A stretch of DNA of 64,000 nt from Vicinamibacterales bacterium. Its GTDB lineage: Bacteria; Acidobacteriota; Vicinamibacteria; Vicinamibacterales; UBA8438. The stretch's first letter is position 1; the number at the start of each line of letters is the position of its first letter. Positions 49,269-58,923 of the stretch are shown here, one piece after another. A program made the translations under genes and the position numbers. The DNA lies in the NCBI GenBank assembly GCA_965215155.1, contig CBDCCY010000001.1, positions 455,416 through 519,415 on the forward strand, given 5' to 3'. The notes under the pieces were generated by a model. It was not told the DNA's origin. It did no database searches and saw nothing but the letters and a program-made list of their open reading frames with translations.

Positions 49269-50549
49269 TCACAGCCGCCGCAGCGCGCCGCTCGCCGCCG
49301 CGGACGCCGCCACGAGCACGACCAGCGCCCCGGAGCCGACGAACATCGCGGTGACGTGGGCCTCGGCCACGAGGCCGGCCACGGCGTAGGAGAGCGGGGT
49401 CAGGCCGACGGCGGCGAACATGACGACGCTCATCACCCGGCCCAGAAGCGACGGCTCGGTCCGTGCCTGCAGCCACGTCATCAGCATGACGTTGACCACG
49501 GCGCCGCTCGCGCCCATGACGCCGGCCAGAGCGGCGGCCTGCGCCACGTTCTCCGCGAAACCGAGGCCGGCGATGACGAGCCCGGTGACGCTCCACGCGA
49601 CGACGAGCGCCACGCGCCGGTTCAGCCGGGTGCCGATCAACCCGCCGGCGAGCGACCCGGCCACGGCGCCGGCTCCGGCGGCGGAGATCATCGCTCCGAA
49701 CGACGTGGGTCCGGCGAAGCGCTCGTCCGCCAGCGTCGTGAGCCCGACGACGAGGGGTCCCTGCGAGGCGAAGCCGATCACCGCCGCGGTCACGATCAGC
49801 GCGCGGAGGCCGCGGTCTCGCCAGACGTAGCCGAGGCCTTCGCGGATCGCGGTCCCCACGCGGGCCCGCTCCGCCCCCGGCCCCACCCCCGGCGCGCCGG
49901 TGCGCGGGACGAGCCGGATCAGCCAGAGCATCAGCGCGGAGAAGGCGAACGTCGTCACGTCGAAGCCGAGGGCGGCGGCCGTCCCCAGCGTGGCGACCAC
50001 CACGCCGCCCGCGGCCGGGCCGACCAGCGTCGTCGTGTTCGCCGAGGTCTGCAGCAACCCGTTCGCCGGCGCCAGCTTCGCCGTCTCGACGACCACCCGC
50101 GGCACGATCGCCGTGAACGCCGGGAAGAAGAACGCGTCCGCCGTCCCGAACGCGAGCGCGACGACGTACAGGTGCCACACGGCCACGGTGTCCGTCACGA
50201 TCAGCGTCGCGAGCAGCGCCACCAGCAACCCGCGGCAGACGTTCGACGCGAGCATGACGTCGCGCGGCGTGTAGCGGTCGGTGATCGCCCCGCCGACCAG
50301 CATCAGGATCGCCCGCGGGAAGGCCGCCGTCATCAGCACCGTGCCCACCGCGAGGTCCGACCCGGTCAGCTCCAGGATGAGGAACGGCAGCGCCACGAAG
50401 TAGAAGTGGTCCCCGGCCAGCGAGATCGTCTCGCCGAGCCACAAGAGGCGGAAGTTCCGTTCGCGCAGCGGAGCGAAGAGGCTCACGGTGATCAGGGGAA
50501 GGGAAGAGCCTGCGGGGTAGAGCCCGCGGGGCGCGCCTCCGAGCATCAT
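49269..50549 (-). CDS. MFS transporter (MFS_3 / EntS-like)
   Basis: ATG-ATG at 50549. FRLLWLGETISLAGDHFYFVALPFLIL N-terminal motif. 12 TM segments. Confidence 0.8.
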   Translation of the reverse strand: MMLGGAPRGLYPAGSSLPLITVSLFAPLRERNFRLLWLGETISLAGDHFYFVALPFLILELTGSDLAVGTVLMTAAFPRAILMLVGGAITDRYTPRDVMLASNVCRGLLVALLATLIVTDTVAVWHLYVVALAFGTADAFFFPAFTAIVPRVVVETAKLAPANGLLQTSANTTTLVGPAAGGVVVATLGTAAALGFDVTTFAFSALMLWLIRLVPRTGAPGVGPGAERARVGTAIREGLGYVWRDRGLRALIVTAAVIGFASQGPLVVGLTTLADERFAGPTSFGAMISAAGAGAVAGSLAGGLIGTRLNRRVALVVAWSVTGLVIAGLGFAENVAQAAALAGVMGASGAVVNVMLMTWLQARTEPSLLGRVMSVVMFAAVGLTPLSYAVAGLVAEAHVTAMFVGSGALVVLVAASAAASGALRRL

Positions 50550-50778
50550 AGCGCATGCGAGGCTCGCCCTCGCGGCCGTCACCGATCGAGGCGCCGTCGT
50601 CGGACGCCGACACTCGCGCCGGGTGCGCAGGCCTGAGAAAGGTACGCAGGACAGGCATCGGATCGATGCGGGCGGCGGGGGCAGGACAGGGACTCGGAGC
50701 GGTGCGGGCGGCGGGGCGCGTGCCTCGCGGGACGAGGCGCACGGCCGGCGCAACGCTACCGCCAGCGCCGCGCCGGCC

Positions 50779-50915
50779 GGCGCGCCGGGGCGTCAGGTCA
50801 GCGTCCCGATCCGCCCCGTGCTGTCGCCGAAGCTGTCGACGTGCCTTCCGGCGCGCCGGGGCGTCAGGTCAGCGTCCCGATCCGCCCCGTGCTGTCGCCG
50901 AAGCTGTCGACGTGC
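50779..50915. repeat. Perfect 66-bp direct duplication (period 71 bp) that includes the 3' end of the DUF1552 gene
   Basis: 50779-50844 is identical to 50850-50915 (ggcgcgccggggcgtcaggtcagcgtcccgatccgccccgtgctgtcgccgaagctgtcgacgtgc). Confidence 0.95.
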
Positions 50916-52213
50916 ACGCCGAGCCGGTCGAGCAGCGACACGTAGAGGTTCGCGATCGGCGTGCCCTGCGCGTGCCGGACGTAGCGGCCGCCCCGGATGC
51001 CGGCCGCCTGCCCCCCGACGACCGCGACGGGCAGGTCGTCGTGGAAGTGCGTGTTGCTGTCGCTGATGCCGGTGCCGTACAGGAAGACCGTGTGGTCCAG
51101 CATCGTCCCGTCCCCTTCCGGCATCGCCTCCATGCGCTTGACCAGGTGCGCGAACTGCTGGAAGTGGTACTCGTTGATCTTGTGCAGCCGCTCCAGCTTC
51201 CCGGCCTCGTCCTGGTGGTGGGACAGCGGGTGATGCGAGTCGGAGACCCCGATCTCGGGATAGGCCCGGCCGCTCACCTCCTTCGCCAGCATGAACGTGC
51301 TGACGCGGGTCAGATCGGTCTGGTAGGCGAGCGCCAGCAGGTCCATCTGCAGCCTGGCGTGGGTGGCGTAGTCGTCCGGGATGCCCACCGGCTCGTCCAC
51401 CAGCGGCAACTCGCGCGAGCTCTGCCGCTCGGCGGTCCGGATGCGCCGCTCGACGTCCCGCACGGAGTCGACGTACTCGGACACCTTGACCCGGTCGCCC
51501 GCCCCGAGGATGCGTTCCAGGCGCTTCAGCTCGGACGAGACGGCGTCGATGATGGTCCGGTCGCGCTCGAGCCGGGCCAGCCGCGCGGCCGGATCCGTGC
51601 TGCCGCTGGTGCCGAAGAGGCGCTCGAAGACGGCGCGCGGATCGCGCTCGACGGGCAGCGGCGTCGTCGGCGTCCGCCAGGCGACGGTGTTCGTGTAGGC
51701 GCAGCTCGATCCGCCGTCGCACGTCCCCACCATCGCGTTCGACTCGATGCCGAGCTCGAGCGACGTGAGCTGCGTCTCCTTGCCGAGCTCGCGCGCGGCC
51801 ACCTGGTCCATGGACACCGACGCGTACACGTCGGCGCCCGTCGTCAGCCGGAACGTGGTCGCGGTAAGGAAGGTGCCCGCCGAGCGCGCGTGATCGCCGC
51901 CCCCTTCCATGAGGTCGGCCGGCTTGTCGGCCAGGCCGCCCAGCAGCAGGACGCGGTCCTCGAGCCCCGCGAGCGACTGCAGCGTCGGGGGCATCGCCTG
52001 CACGGGTCCTTCCGCCCTCGGCCACCAGTAGCCCATGGACATGCCGTTGGGCACGTAGAACACCCCCAACCGGCGCAGCCGCGCGGGGGCCGCCGCGGTC
52101 CGGCTCAGGGCGGTCAGGGCCGGCACCATGCAATCGAGCAGCGGGAGGGCGAGGGTGGCTCCGGCGCCGCGCAACACCGCGCGCCGGGACAGGTGCTTCC
52201 TGGTGACGAACAT
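50864..52213 (-). CDS. DUF1552 domain protein (Tat signal)
   Basis: SRRAVLRGAGATLALPLL. FYVPNGM... and the HHxLSHH-like block SDSHHPLSHHQ are characteristic of DUF1552. Confidence 0.8.
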   Translation of the reverse strand: MFVTRKHLSRRAVLRGAGATLALPLLDCMVPALTALSRTAAAPARLRRLGVFYVPNGMSMGYWWPRAEGPVQAMPPTLQSLAGLEDRVLLLGGLADKPADLMEGGGDHARSAGTFLTATTFRLTTGADVYASVSMDQVAARELGKETQLTSLELGIESNAMVGTCDGGSSCAYTNTVAWRTPTTPLPVERDPRAVFERLFGTSGSTDPAARLARLERDRTIIDAVSSELKRLERILGAGDRVKVSEYVDSVRDVERRIRTAERQSSRELPLVDEPVGIPDDYATHARLQMDLLALAYQTDLTRVSTFMLAKEVSGRAYPEIGVSDSHHPLSHHQDEAGKLERLHKINEYHFQQFAHLVKRMEAMPEGDGTMLDHTVFLYGTGISDSNTHFHDDLPVAVVGGQAAGIRGGRYVRHAQGTPIANLYVSLLDRLGVHVDSFGDSTGRIGTLT

Positions 52214-52324
52214 GGGCTTCTCTCCCGCGTCCCCGGGGACGCGCCGCTCTCGGTTCCGGGCTGCCTCTGGCGACGCGCCGCCCTCTTGGCGGAAGCGCCG
52301 TCCGTCCGCGACTCGCGCCTCCGA

Positions 52325-54859
52325 CTATCGTTCGTGCCCGACGTTGGCGGCCACGCGTTCTTCCGGCTCCGCGTCCCGCACGATCCGCTGCTGGAAAGGA
52401 GCGCTCCGGACGATGCCGAGCAGGAGCGACGACCAGCGGTAGTCGTCGCGCGCCGCATCCCGCACCAGTTGCCGCACGGTCGGCGCGTCCAGGTAGTTGA
52501 CGCCGCGCCCGAGCGCGTAGGTCAGCAGCTTCTCCGTGATCGTCCGCACGAGCTCGTCCTCGCCCTGCCGCAGCAACGCCTCGCGGAAGGCCCCGGGGCT
52601 GTCGACGTCCGTGCCCCGCCAGGTGATCGAGGAGTCGATGGGCGCGCCGTCGTCCTCCTCGCGCCACCTCCCGATGGCGTCGAAGTTCTCGAGCGCGAAG
52701 CCGAGCGGATCCATCGTGGCGTGGCAGGTCGCGCACACCGGGCTCTCGCGATGCTGCTCCATCCGCTCGCGCAGCGAGGCGGGCTCGCTCCGCCCGTCGT
52801 TCTCCGGCAGCGGCGGCACGTTCGCGGGCGGCGGCGGGGGCGGCGAGCCGAGCAGCGTCTCGAGCACCCACTTGCCCCGCAGCACCACCGACGTCCGGTC
52901 CGCGTACGAGGTCGCCGTCAGCACGCTCCCGTGCCCCAGCAGGCCGCCCCGGGCCGGATCGGCGAGCGGCATGCGCCGGAAGTGGCTGCCGTAGACGTCC
53001 GGCACGCCGTAGTGCTCGGCGAGCCGGGCGTTGAGGAAGGTGTAGTCGGCGCTCAGCAGGTCCAGGATGCTCCGATCCTCGCGCACCTGGCTCTCGAAGA
53101 ACAGCTCCGTTTCCGTGAGCAGGGCGTCGCGCAGAGTGCTGTCGTAGCCGGGGAACCGCAGCGGATCCGGCACGATGGTCTGCAGGTTGCGCACCTGCAG
53201 CCACTGCCCGACGAAGTCGCTCATCCAGCGCGCGGCGCGCCGGTCCGCGAGCATCCGGCGCGTCTGCCGCTCGAGCACCGCCGGGTCGCGCAACCCGCCG
53301 CGCTCGGCTACGGCCAGCAGCTCGTCGTCCGGAATGCTGCGCCACAGGAAGAAGGCCAGGCGCGACGCCAGCTCCACGTCGCTGATCGCGTAGATGGTCC
53401 CGGCCGGGGCGTCGACCGGATCGACCTCCGCGCGCAGCAGAAACGCCGGCATGCTGAGCAGCGCCTCCAGGCCCCGCGCCACCCCGGTCTCGAAGTCGCC
53501 GGCGGCGCGCCCGATGTGGAAGATGTTCATCAGGGGCTCGAGGTCCGCGTCCGTGACGGGGCGGCGGTACGCGCGGCGGGCCAGGGTGCCGAGGATCTCC
53601 CGGGCGCACGGTTCCTCGTCGTCGGCCCCGCTCGGCCGGCAGACGAAGATGCGCTGGCGGCTCGGGGTGTCCGCGGGGACCTCGCCGCGGTACGGGCCGT
53701 GGATCTCGAGGGACTCGACGCCGGCCACCAGGTTGTCGCCGACGCCCGCCGACGCGGAGGGGGCCATGTCGGTGAAGGCGGCCGACACGAGCCGCGTGCC
53801 GGCCCGGACCGGCAGGCGCACCTCCATGTCCTGGTCGGCGGTCTGGTTGTAGAGCGCGATCCGCTGGTGCACGAGGTCGTCGTCCGGCGGTGCGATGCCG
53901 CCTCCCGACAGCGTGTAGCGGACCTGCCCCTCGAAGTCGCCGCCCACCGTGAGGCGGCTGACGAGCGCGTGATCGATGCGCAGCTCGATGTGGTATTCGC
54001 GCTCCGCGATGTTGCCCCGGATGGTCCCGCCCACGTCGCTCCGCTGCAGCCGGATGCGGAAGACGTAGTCGCCGTCGAGCGAGAAGGCGTGGCGCGCCGC
54101 GAGGCCGCCGTGCGTCGCGAAGGGCAGGTCCTCGCCCATCCGGGCTTCCTGGCGCGCGGCGTTCGGCAGCCGGTAGGTCTGGATCGCGGGCCGGTTCTCG
54201 AGCGTGCCGACCGCGAGGCGGCTGACCTTGGTGGCCGCGGTGATGTAGCGGTCCATCAACGCCGGGGTCATCGCGAGCACCTCGGCGTTGTTGTCGAAGC
54301 CGAAGCCGGCCATGTCGCTCGGGAGCAGCGCCTCGCCGTCGACCTCCAGATCCAGCAGGTCGCGAATCGCGTTGACGTACTCGGTCCGGTTCAGGCGGTG
54401 CGCCGCCACGCGGCCCGGGTCGGGAGCCGCGGCGCCCACCCGGTCGAGCTCCGCCTCGAGCCCCGTCACGAATGCGTCGATCTCCGCCGGCGCGGGACGC
54501 GGGCGGCCCGGCGGCGGCATCAGCCCGCTGCGGAGCTTCCCGGTGACCTTCTCGAAGAGCTCGCGGTGCACGTCCGCCCGGCCGATGTCGACCCGGTCGA
54601 ACATCACGCCGGCCGTCTGCAGCCGCTCGTTGTGGCAGGTCACGCAGTACCGATCGAGGAGCGCGCGCGACGGCGCCTCCGTCCGGCCCGCGGCCGGAGG
54701 CCGCGCGGTCGACGCCTGCCGCGCGGCCTCCGTGGGCCGCGCGGCTCCCTCCCCGGGTGCCGCGACCGCCGCCGGTTGGGGCGCCGCGACCGCCGCCTGC
54801 GGGCTCGCCGCCGTCGTCCCGGCGAGGCAAATCGCGCCAAGCACTCTCAGCGTGGACAT
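52325..54859 (-). CDS. DUF1592/DUF1595/DUF1587/DUF1588/DUF1585 multidomain protein with two cytochrome-c-like CxxCH motifs
   Basis: CVTCHN near the N-terminus and CATCHATMDPLGFALENFDAIGRWR near the C-terminus. It is the classic partner of DUF1552. Confidence 0.8.
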   Translation of the reverse strand: MSTLRVLGAICLAGTTAASPQAAVAAPQPAAVAAPGEGAARPTEAARQASTARPPAAGRTEAPSRALLDRYCVTCHNERLQTAGVMFDRVDIGRADVHRELFEKVTGKLRSGLMPPPGRPRPAPAEIDAFVTGLEAELDRVGAAAPDPGRVAAHRLNRTEYVNAIRDLLDLEVDGEALLPSDMAGFGFDNNAEVLAMTPALMDRYITAATKVSRLAVGTLENRPAIQTYRLPNAARQEARMGEDLPFATHGGLAARHAFSLDGDYVFRIRLQRSDVGGTIRGNIAEREYHIELRIDHALVSRLTVGGDFEGQVRYTLSGGGIAPPDDDLVHQRIALYNQTADQDMEVRLPVRAGTRLVSAAFTDMAPSASAGVGDNLVAGVESLEIHGPYRGEVPADTPSRQRIFVCRPSGADDEEPCAREILGTLARRAYRRPVTDADLEPLMNIFHIGRAAGDFETGVARGLEALLSMPAFLLRAEVDPVDAPAGTIYAISDVELASRLAFFLWRSIPDDELLAVAERGGLRDPAVLERQTRRMLADRRAARWMSDFVGQWLQVRNLQTIVPDPLRFPGYDSTLRDALLTETELFFESQVREDRSILDLLSADYTFLNARLAEHYGVPDVYGSHFRRMPLADPARGGLLGHGSVLTATSYADRTSVVLRGKWVLETLLGSPPPPPPANVPPLPENDGRSEPASLRERMEQHRESPVCATCHATMDPLGFALENFDAIGRWREEDDGAPIDSSITWRGTDVDSPGAFREALLRQGEDELVRTITEKLLTYALGRGVNYLDAPTVRQLVRDAARDDYRWSSLLLGIVRSAPFQQRIVRDAEPEERVAANVGHER

Positions 54860-55040
54860 TTGCAGAAGCCTCTCGGCGGGCGCCCCTGATGGGCACCGCG
54901 CCTCTACTTACCACCTTTGCCGCGGACACGCAAGGGAGCATAGGATCGGGGCGACGATGCGCGCGCGGAAGCGCCCCGGGCGCCGCGCGGGAAATGGCCG
55001 CGCGCGCTCTGCGCCCGGCAACGAAAAGCGGGAGGAGCCC

Positions 55041-56675
55041 ATGCGGGTCCTGACGAACCTTCTCGCCGGTCTTTCTCTCGTCCTGCTTCCGGCGGCCGAC
55101 GCCGGCGCCGCGGGTCCGAGGACCGCGAGCGCGCGCGCGGCCGGCGGCGCGGGCGGCAGTGCCGTGGCCCCCGCGGCGGATCTGCGGCTCGTGGAGGCGA
55201 TGGCGGAGCGCGACACGGCCCGCGTGCGGGCGTTGCTCGCCCGCGGCGGCCTCGACGTGAACGTGGCGCGGGCCGACGGGGCGACGGCGCTGCTCTGGGC
55301 GGCCCACTGGGACGACGGCGAGGCGGCCGAGCTGCTCCTCGACGCCGGAGCCGACGTCAACGCGGCGGACGATCACGGCGTGACGCCGCTCGCCCGCGCG
55401 TGCGAGAACGCGAGCGCGCCGATGGTCGAACGGCTCCTGGCGGCCGGGGCGAATCCGAACGCGGCCCAGGCCAACGGGCTGACGCCGCTGATGACGGCCG
55501 CGCGCACGGGCAGCCTCGACGTCGTGCGGGCGTTGCTCGCGCGGGGCGCCGACGTCGACGCGGTCACTGCCGCCACCCACGAGACGGCACTGATGTGGGC
55601 GGTCGCCGGGCGGCACCGGGAGGTCGTCCGCGCGCTGCTCGAGCGGGGCGCCGACGTCCATCCCCAGCCGCGGCAGGCGTTCTCGCCCCTCGTCGCGGCC
55701 GCGCGCACCGGCGACATCGAGACGGCCGAGCTGTTGCTCGCCGCGGGGGCCGGCGTGGATGAGACCGGTTCGGACGGGGCGCATCCGCTGGCCTACGCGG
55801 TCATCGTCGGGCAGAGCGCGTTCGCCCACTTCCTGCTCGAGCGGGGTGCCGACCCGAACGGGGCCGTCGACGGGGTCACGGCGCTGCACGCCGCCGCCGG
55901 ACCCGTCCGCACGTGGCTGAAGGCGTGGAACCGCAAGCACGGCGGTGCGGGCGCGCGGGCCGGCCGGCTCGGGCTCCGGGAGCGGCTGCCGCTGGTCGAC
56001 GCCCTGCTGGACCGCGGCGCCGACCCCAACGCGCGCATGACCGCCTCCGACGTGACGGAGCAGGGGTTCGTCCGGAACGGCGCCTACGACACGTTCGCGA
56101 CCGGCACGGGAGACGTGGCCGGGGCGACGCCGCTGTGGGTCGCCGCGTTCGCGACCAACCCCGGCCCGGGCCGGATGCGCAACGGGTGGAGCACGCACCG
56201 CTCCACCGGCGAGGTCCTGCGCCGCCTGCTCGCGGCGGGCGCCCGGCCCGAGATCACGTCGAACGACGGCACCACGCCGATGATGGCCGCGGCCGGCTGC
56301 GGGCGGTGGGGGCACTGGACGAACACGCCGCGCGCCTCCCGCCAGCCGATGGCGGAGGAGGCCATCGGGATTCTCATCGCCGCCGGCATGGACGTGAACG
56401 CCACCAACGAGGGCGACTTCACGGCGTTGCACTGCGCGGCCTTCAGCGGCCTCAACGAGGTGGTTCGCCTGCTCGTGGACCACGGCGCCGACATCGACGC
56501 GCGCGACTGGCGGGGGCGGACGGCGTTCCGCCTCGCGGAGGGCGCCAAGCAGTCGTTCCACTACCAGGCGTGGCCGGAGACGGCGGCGCTGCTCGCGGAG
56601 CTCGGCGCCGACACCCGCCTGGGGATCCCGGGGACCATCCACGAGCGCCTGCGGGGGCTGGTGGCGACGCCGTAA
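55041..56675 (+). CDS. Secreted ankyrin-repeat protein (copy 1)
   Basis: ATG after GGAGGAG. Signal peptide present. Multiple ANK units (GATALLWAAHWDDGEAAELLLDAGADVNAADDHGVTPL...). Confidence 0.8.
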   Translation: MRVLTNLLAGLSLVLLPAADAGAAGPRTASARAAGGAGGSAVAPAADLRLVEAMAERDTARVRALLARGGLDVNVARADGATALLWAAHWDDGEAAELLLDAGADVNAADDHGVTPLARACENASAPMVERLLAAGANPNAAQANGLTPLMTAARTGSLDVVRALLARGADVDAVTAATHETALMWAVAGRHREVVRALLERGADVHPQPRQAFSPLVAAARTGDIETAELLLAAGAGVDETGSDGAHPLAYAVIVGQSAFAHFLLERGADPNGAVDGVTALHAAAGPVRTWLKAWNRKHGGAGARAGRLGLRERLPLVDALLDRGADPNARMTASDVTEQGFVRNGAYDTFATGTGDVAGATPLWVAAFATNPGPGRMRNGWSTHRSTGEVLRRLLAAGARPEITSNDGTTPMMAAAGCGRWGHWTNTPRASRQPMAEEAIGILIAAGMDVNATNEGDFTALHCAAFSGLNEVVRLLVDHGADIDARDWRGRTAFRLAEGAKQSFHYQAWPETAALLAELGADTRLGIPGTIHERLRGLVATP

Positions 56676-56742
56676 GGACTCGCAGCGAGCCCCGGCGGAG
56701 AGATATCCGACCGGCCAGGCAGACCCGATGAGGAGGCCACCC

Positions 56743-58380
56743 ATGCGCGTTCCGAAGAAGCGTCTCGCCGGCCTGTGCCTCGTCCTGCTCCCGGTGGCGG
56801 GCGGGAGCGCGCCTGTCGCGGGAGCGGCGGGCGGCAGTGCGGCGGGGCAGAGCGCAGCCGGACGCGGTGTCGCGGCCGCCGCCCCGGACCTGCGCCTCGT
56901 GGAGGCGATGGCGGAGCGGGACACCGCGCGGGTGCGGACGCTGCTCGCCGGTGAGGGGTTCGACGTGAACGCGGCGCGGGCCGACGGCGCGACGGCGCTG
57001 CTGTGGGCGGCCCATTGGGACGACCGCGAGGCGGCGGAGCTGCTGCTGGGGGCGGGCGCCGACGTGAACGCGGCGGACGACCACGGCGTGACGCCGCTCG
57101 CCCGGGCCAGCGAGAACGCGAGCGCGGCGATGGTCGAGCGGCTGCTCGCCGCCGGCGCGAACCCGAACGCGGCCCAGGCCAACGGACTGACGCCCTTGAT
57201 GACGGGCGCGCGCACGGGCAGCCTCGCGGTGGTGCGAGCCCTGCTCGCCCGCGGCGCCGACGTCGACGCCGCCACCGCCGCCACCCACGAAACCGCGCTG
57301 ATGTGGGCGGTCGCCGGGCGCCACCGGGACGTCGTCCGGGCGCTGGTGGAGCGGGGGGGCGACGTGCATCCGCAGCCGCGGCAGGCGTTCTCGCCGCTGA
57401 TCGCCGCGGCCCGGAACGGCGACCTCGAGACGGCCGAGGTGCTCCTCGAAGCGGGTGCGCGCGTCGACGACCGCGGGTCCGACGGGGCGCATCCGCTCGC
57501 CTACGCGGTCATCGCCGGACAGAGCGCGTTCGCGCACTTCCTGCTCGAGCGGGGCGCCGACCCCGATGGGGCGGTGGACGGCGTCACGGCGCTGCACGCC
57601 GCCGCCGGCTCCGTCCGCCCCTGGCTGAAGGCGTGGAGCCGCAAGCACGGCACACGGGCGGGCCGGCTCGCCCTGGACGAGCGCCTGGCGCTGGTGAAGG
57701 CCCTGCTGGCCCGCGGCGCCGACCCCAACGCGCGCATGACCGCATCCGACGTGACCGGGCAGGGCTTCGTCCGGAACGGGGCCTACGACACTTTCGCCAC
57801 CGGCACGGGCGACGTGGCCGGCGCGACGCCGCTGTGGGTGGCCGCCTACGCGACGAACCCCGGCCCGGGCAGCTCCTCCTTCCGGGGGCGCCGGCCCACG
57901 CCGAGCTCGAACGGCGCGATTCTGCGCAGCCTGCTCGCGGCGGGCGCCCGTCCCGGCAGCACGCCGCGCGACGGCACGACGGCGCTCATGGCCGCGGCCG
58001 GCTGCGGGCGCGCGGCGCACCTGACCAACGTGCCGCGGGCGCCGCGCGTGCCGACGGCGGAAGAGGCCGTCGACATCCTGGTCGAGGCCGGCCTGGACGT
58101 GAACGCCGCCAACGAGGGCGACTTCACGGCGCTGCACTGCGCGGCCTTCAGCGGCCTGAACGAGGTGGTGCGGCAGCTCGTCGAGCACGGCGCGGACATC
58201 GACGCGCGCGACTGGCGGGGCCGGACGGCGTTCCGTCTTGCCGAGGGCGCCAAGCAGTCGTTCCACTACCAGGAGTGGCCGGGGGTGGCGGCCCTGCTCG
58301 CGGAGCTCGGGGCCGACACCAGCCTCGGCATTCCGGGCATCATCCACGAGCGCCTGCGCGGGCTTCTGGCGGCCCGGTAG
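56743..58380 (+). CDS. Secreted ankyrin-repeat protein (copy 2, tandem paralog)
   Basis: ATG after GAGGAGG. Collinear with copy 1 over its whole length with high amino-acid identity. Confidence 0.8.
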   Translation: MRVPKKRLAGLCLVLLPVAGGSAPVAGAAGGSAAGQSAAGRGVAAAAPDLRLVEAMAERDTARVRTLLAGEGFDVNAARADGATALLWAAHWDDREAAELLLGAGADVNAADDHGVTPLARASENASAAMVERLLAAGANPNAAQANGLTPLMTGARTGSLAVVRALLARGADVDAATAATHETALMWAVAGRHRDVVRALVERGGDVHPQPRQAFSPLIAAARNGDLETAEVLLEAGARVDDRGSDGAHPLAYAVIAGQSAFAHFLLERGADPDGAVDGVTALHAAAGSVRPWLKAWSRKHGTRAGRLALDERLALVKALLARGADPNARMTASDVTGQGFVRNGAYDTFATGTGDVAGATPLWVAAYATNPGPGSSSFRGRRPTPSSNGAILRSLLAAGARPGSTPRDGTTALMAAAGCGRAAHLTNVPRAPRVPTAEEAVDILVEAGLDVNAANEGDFTALHCAAFSGLNEVVRQLVEHGADIDARDWRGRTAFRLAEGAKQSFHYQEWPGVAALLAELGADTSLGIPGIIHERLRGLLAAR

Positions 58381-58424
58381 CCGGCCGCGGCGGATGTGCG
58401 AGCGCTCCATTCCGGAGGAGTCGA

Positions 58425-58862
58425 ATGACAGGTCGTCCGGCAGCGTGGGTGGCCGCGTTCGTGGTCGCCACGGGATCCGCCGCGATCGCGCAGAAGGTGA
58501 TTGGCCCCGAGGAATTCGACCGCGCGATGAAGACCATCGGCGCCGCCCTCGAAGCGACGGAAGAGGCGCTGGGGTCGGCGTCCTACGTGGATGCCAAGAC
58601 GCCCCTGGCGCTCTCGCGGCAGGTGCTGGCCTCCACCCGGCCGGAGTGGCAGGCCCTCGGGGAGCCCGACGCCGTGCGGATGAACCGCGAGGCCGTGGCC
58701 GCGCTGGACGCGCTCGACAGGGTCCTGTCGGCGGCCACCGTCGATGCGGCCGCCGTGGCTGCCGCCTTCGGCGACGTCAACCGCGGCTGCGACGCGTGCC
58801 ACGCCGCGTATCGCGAGGGCGACGCGGACAGCGGCTATCGCATCCGCTCGGCGCGGCGCTGA
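58425..58862 (+). CDS. Cytochrome c-prime / c-556-like four-helix-bundle cytochrome
   Basis: ATG after GGAGGAG. Signal peptide present. Single CxxCH (CDACH) close to the C-terminus. About 145 aa. Confidence 0.7.
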   Translation: MTGRPAAWVAAFVVATGSAAIAQKVIGPEEFDRAMKTIGAALEATEEALGSASYVDAKTPLALSRQVLASTRPEWQALGEPDAVRMNREAVAALDALDRVLSAATVDAAAVAAAFGDVNRGCDACHAAYREGDADSGYRIRSARR

Positions 58863-58923
58863 GCGGGGCGCCCGTGCCGCGCCGCCGAAGCACGGTACCG
58901 CAGCGCCGATCTCGGCCCGCCCG

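Noticed and set aside
50793-57284. 2163-aa minus-strand ORF, and the 1444-aa plus-strand ORF 50555..54889, spanning the DUF1552/DUF1592/ankyrin region.
   Set aside because: These are low-complexity Arg/Gly/Pro translations. They overlap genes with clear domain signatures in other frames or on the other strand. The first ORF also only inherits its C-terminus (…FGDSTGRIGTLT) from the 66-bp duplication.
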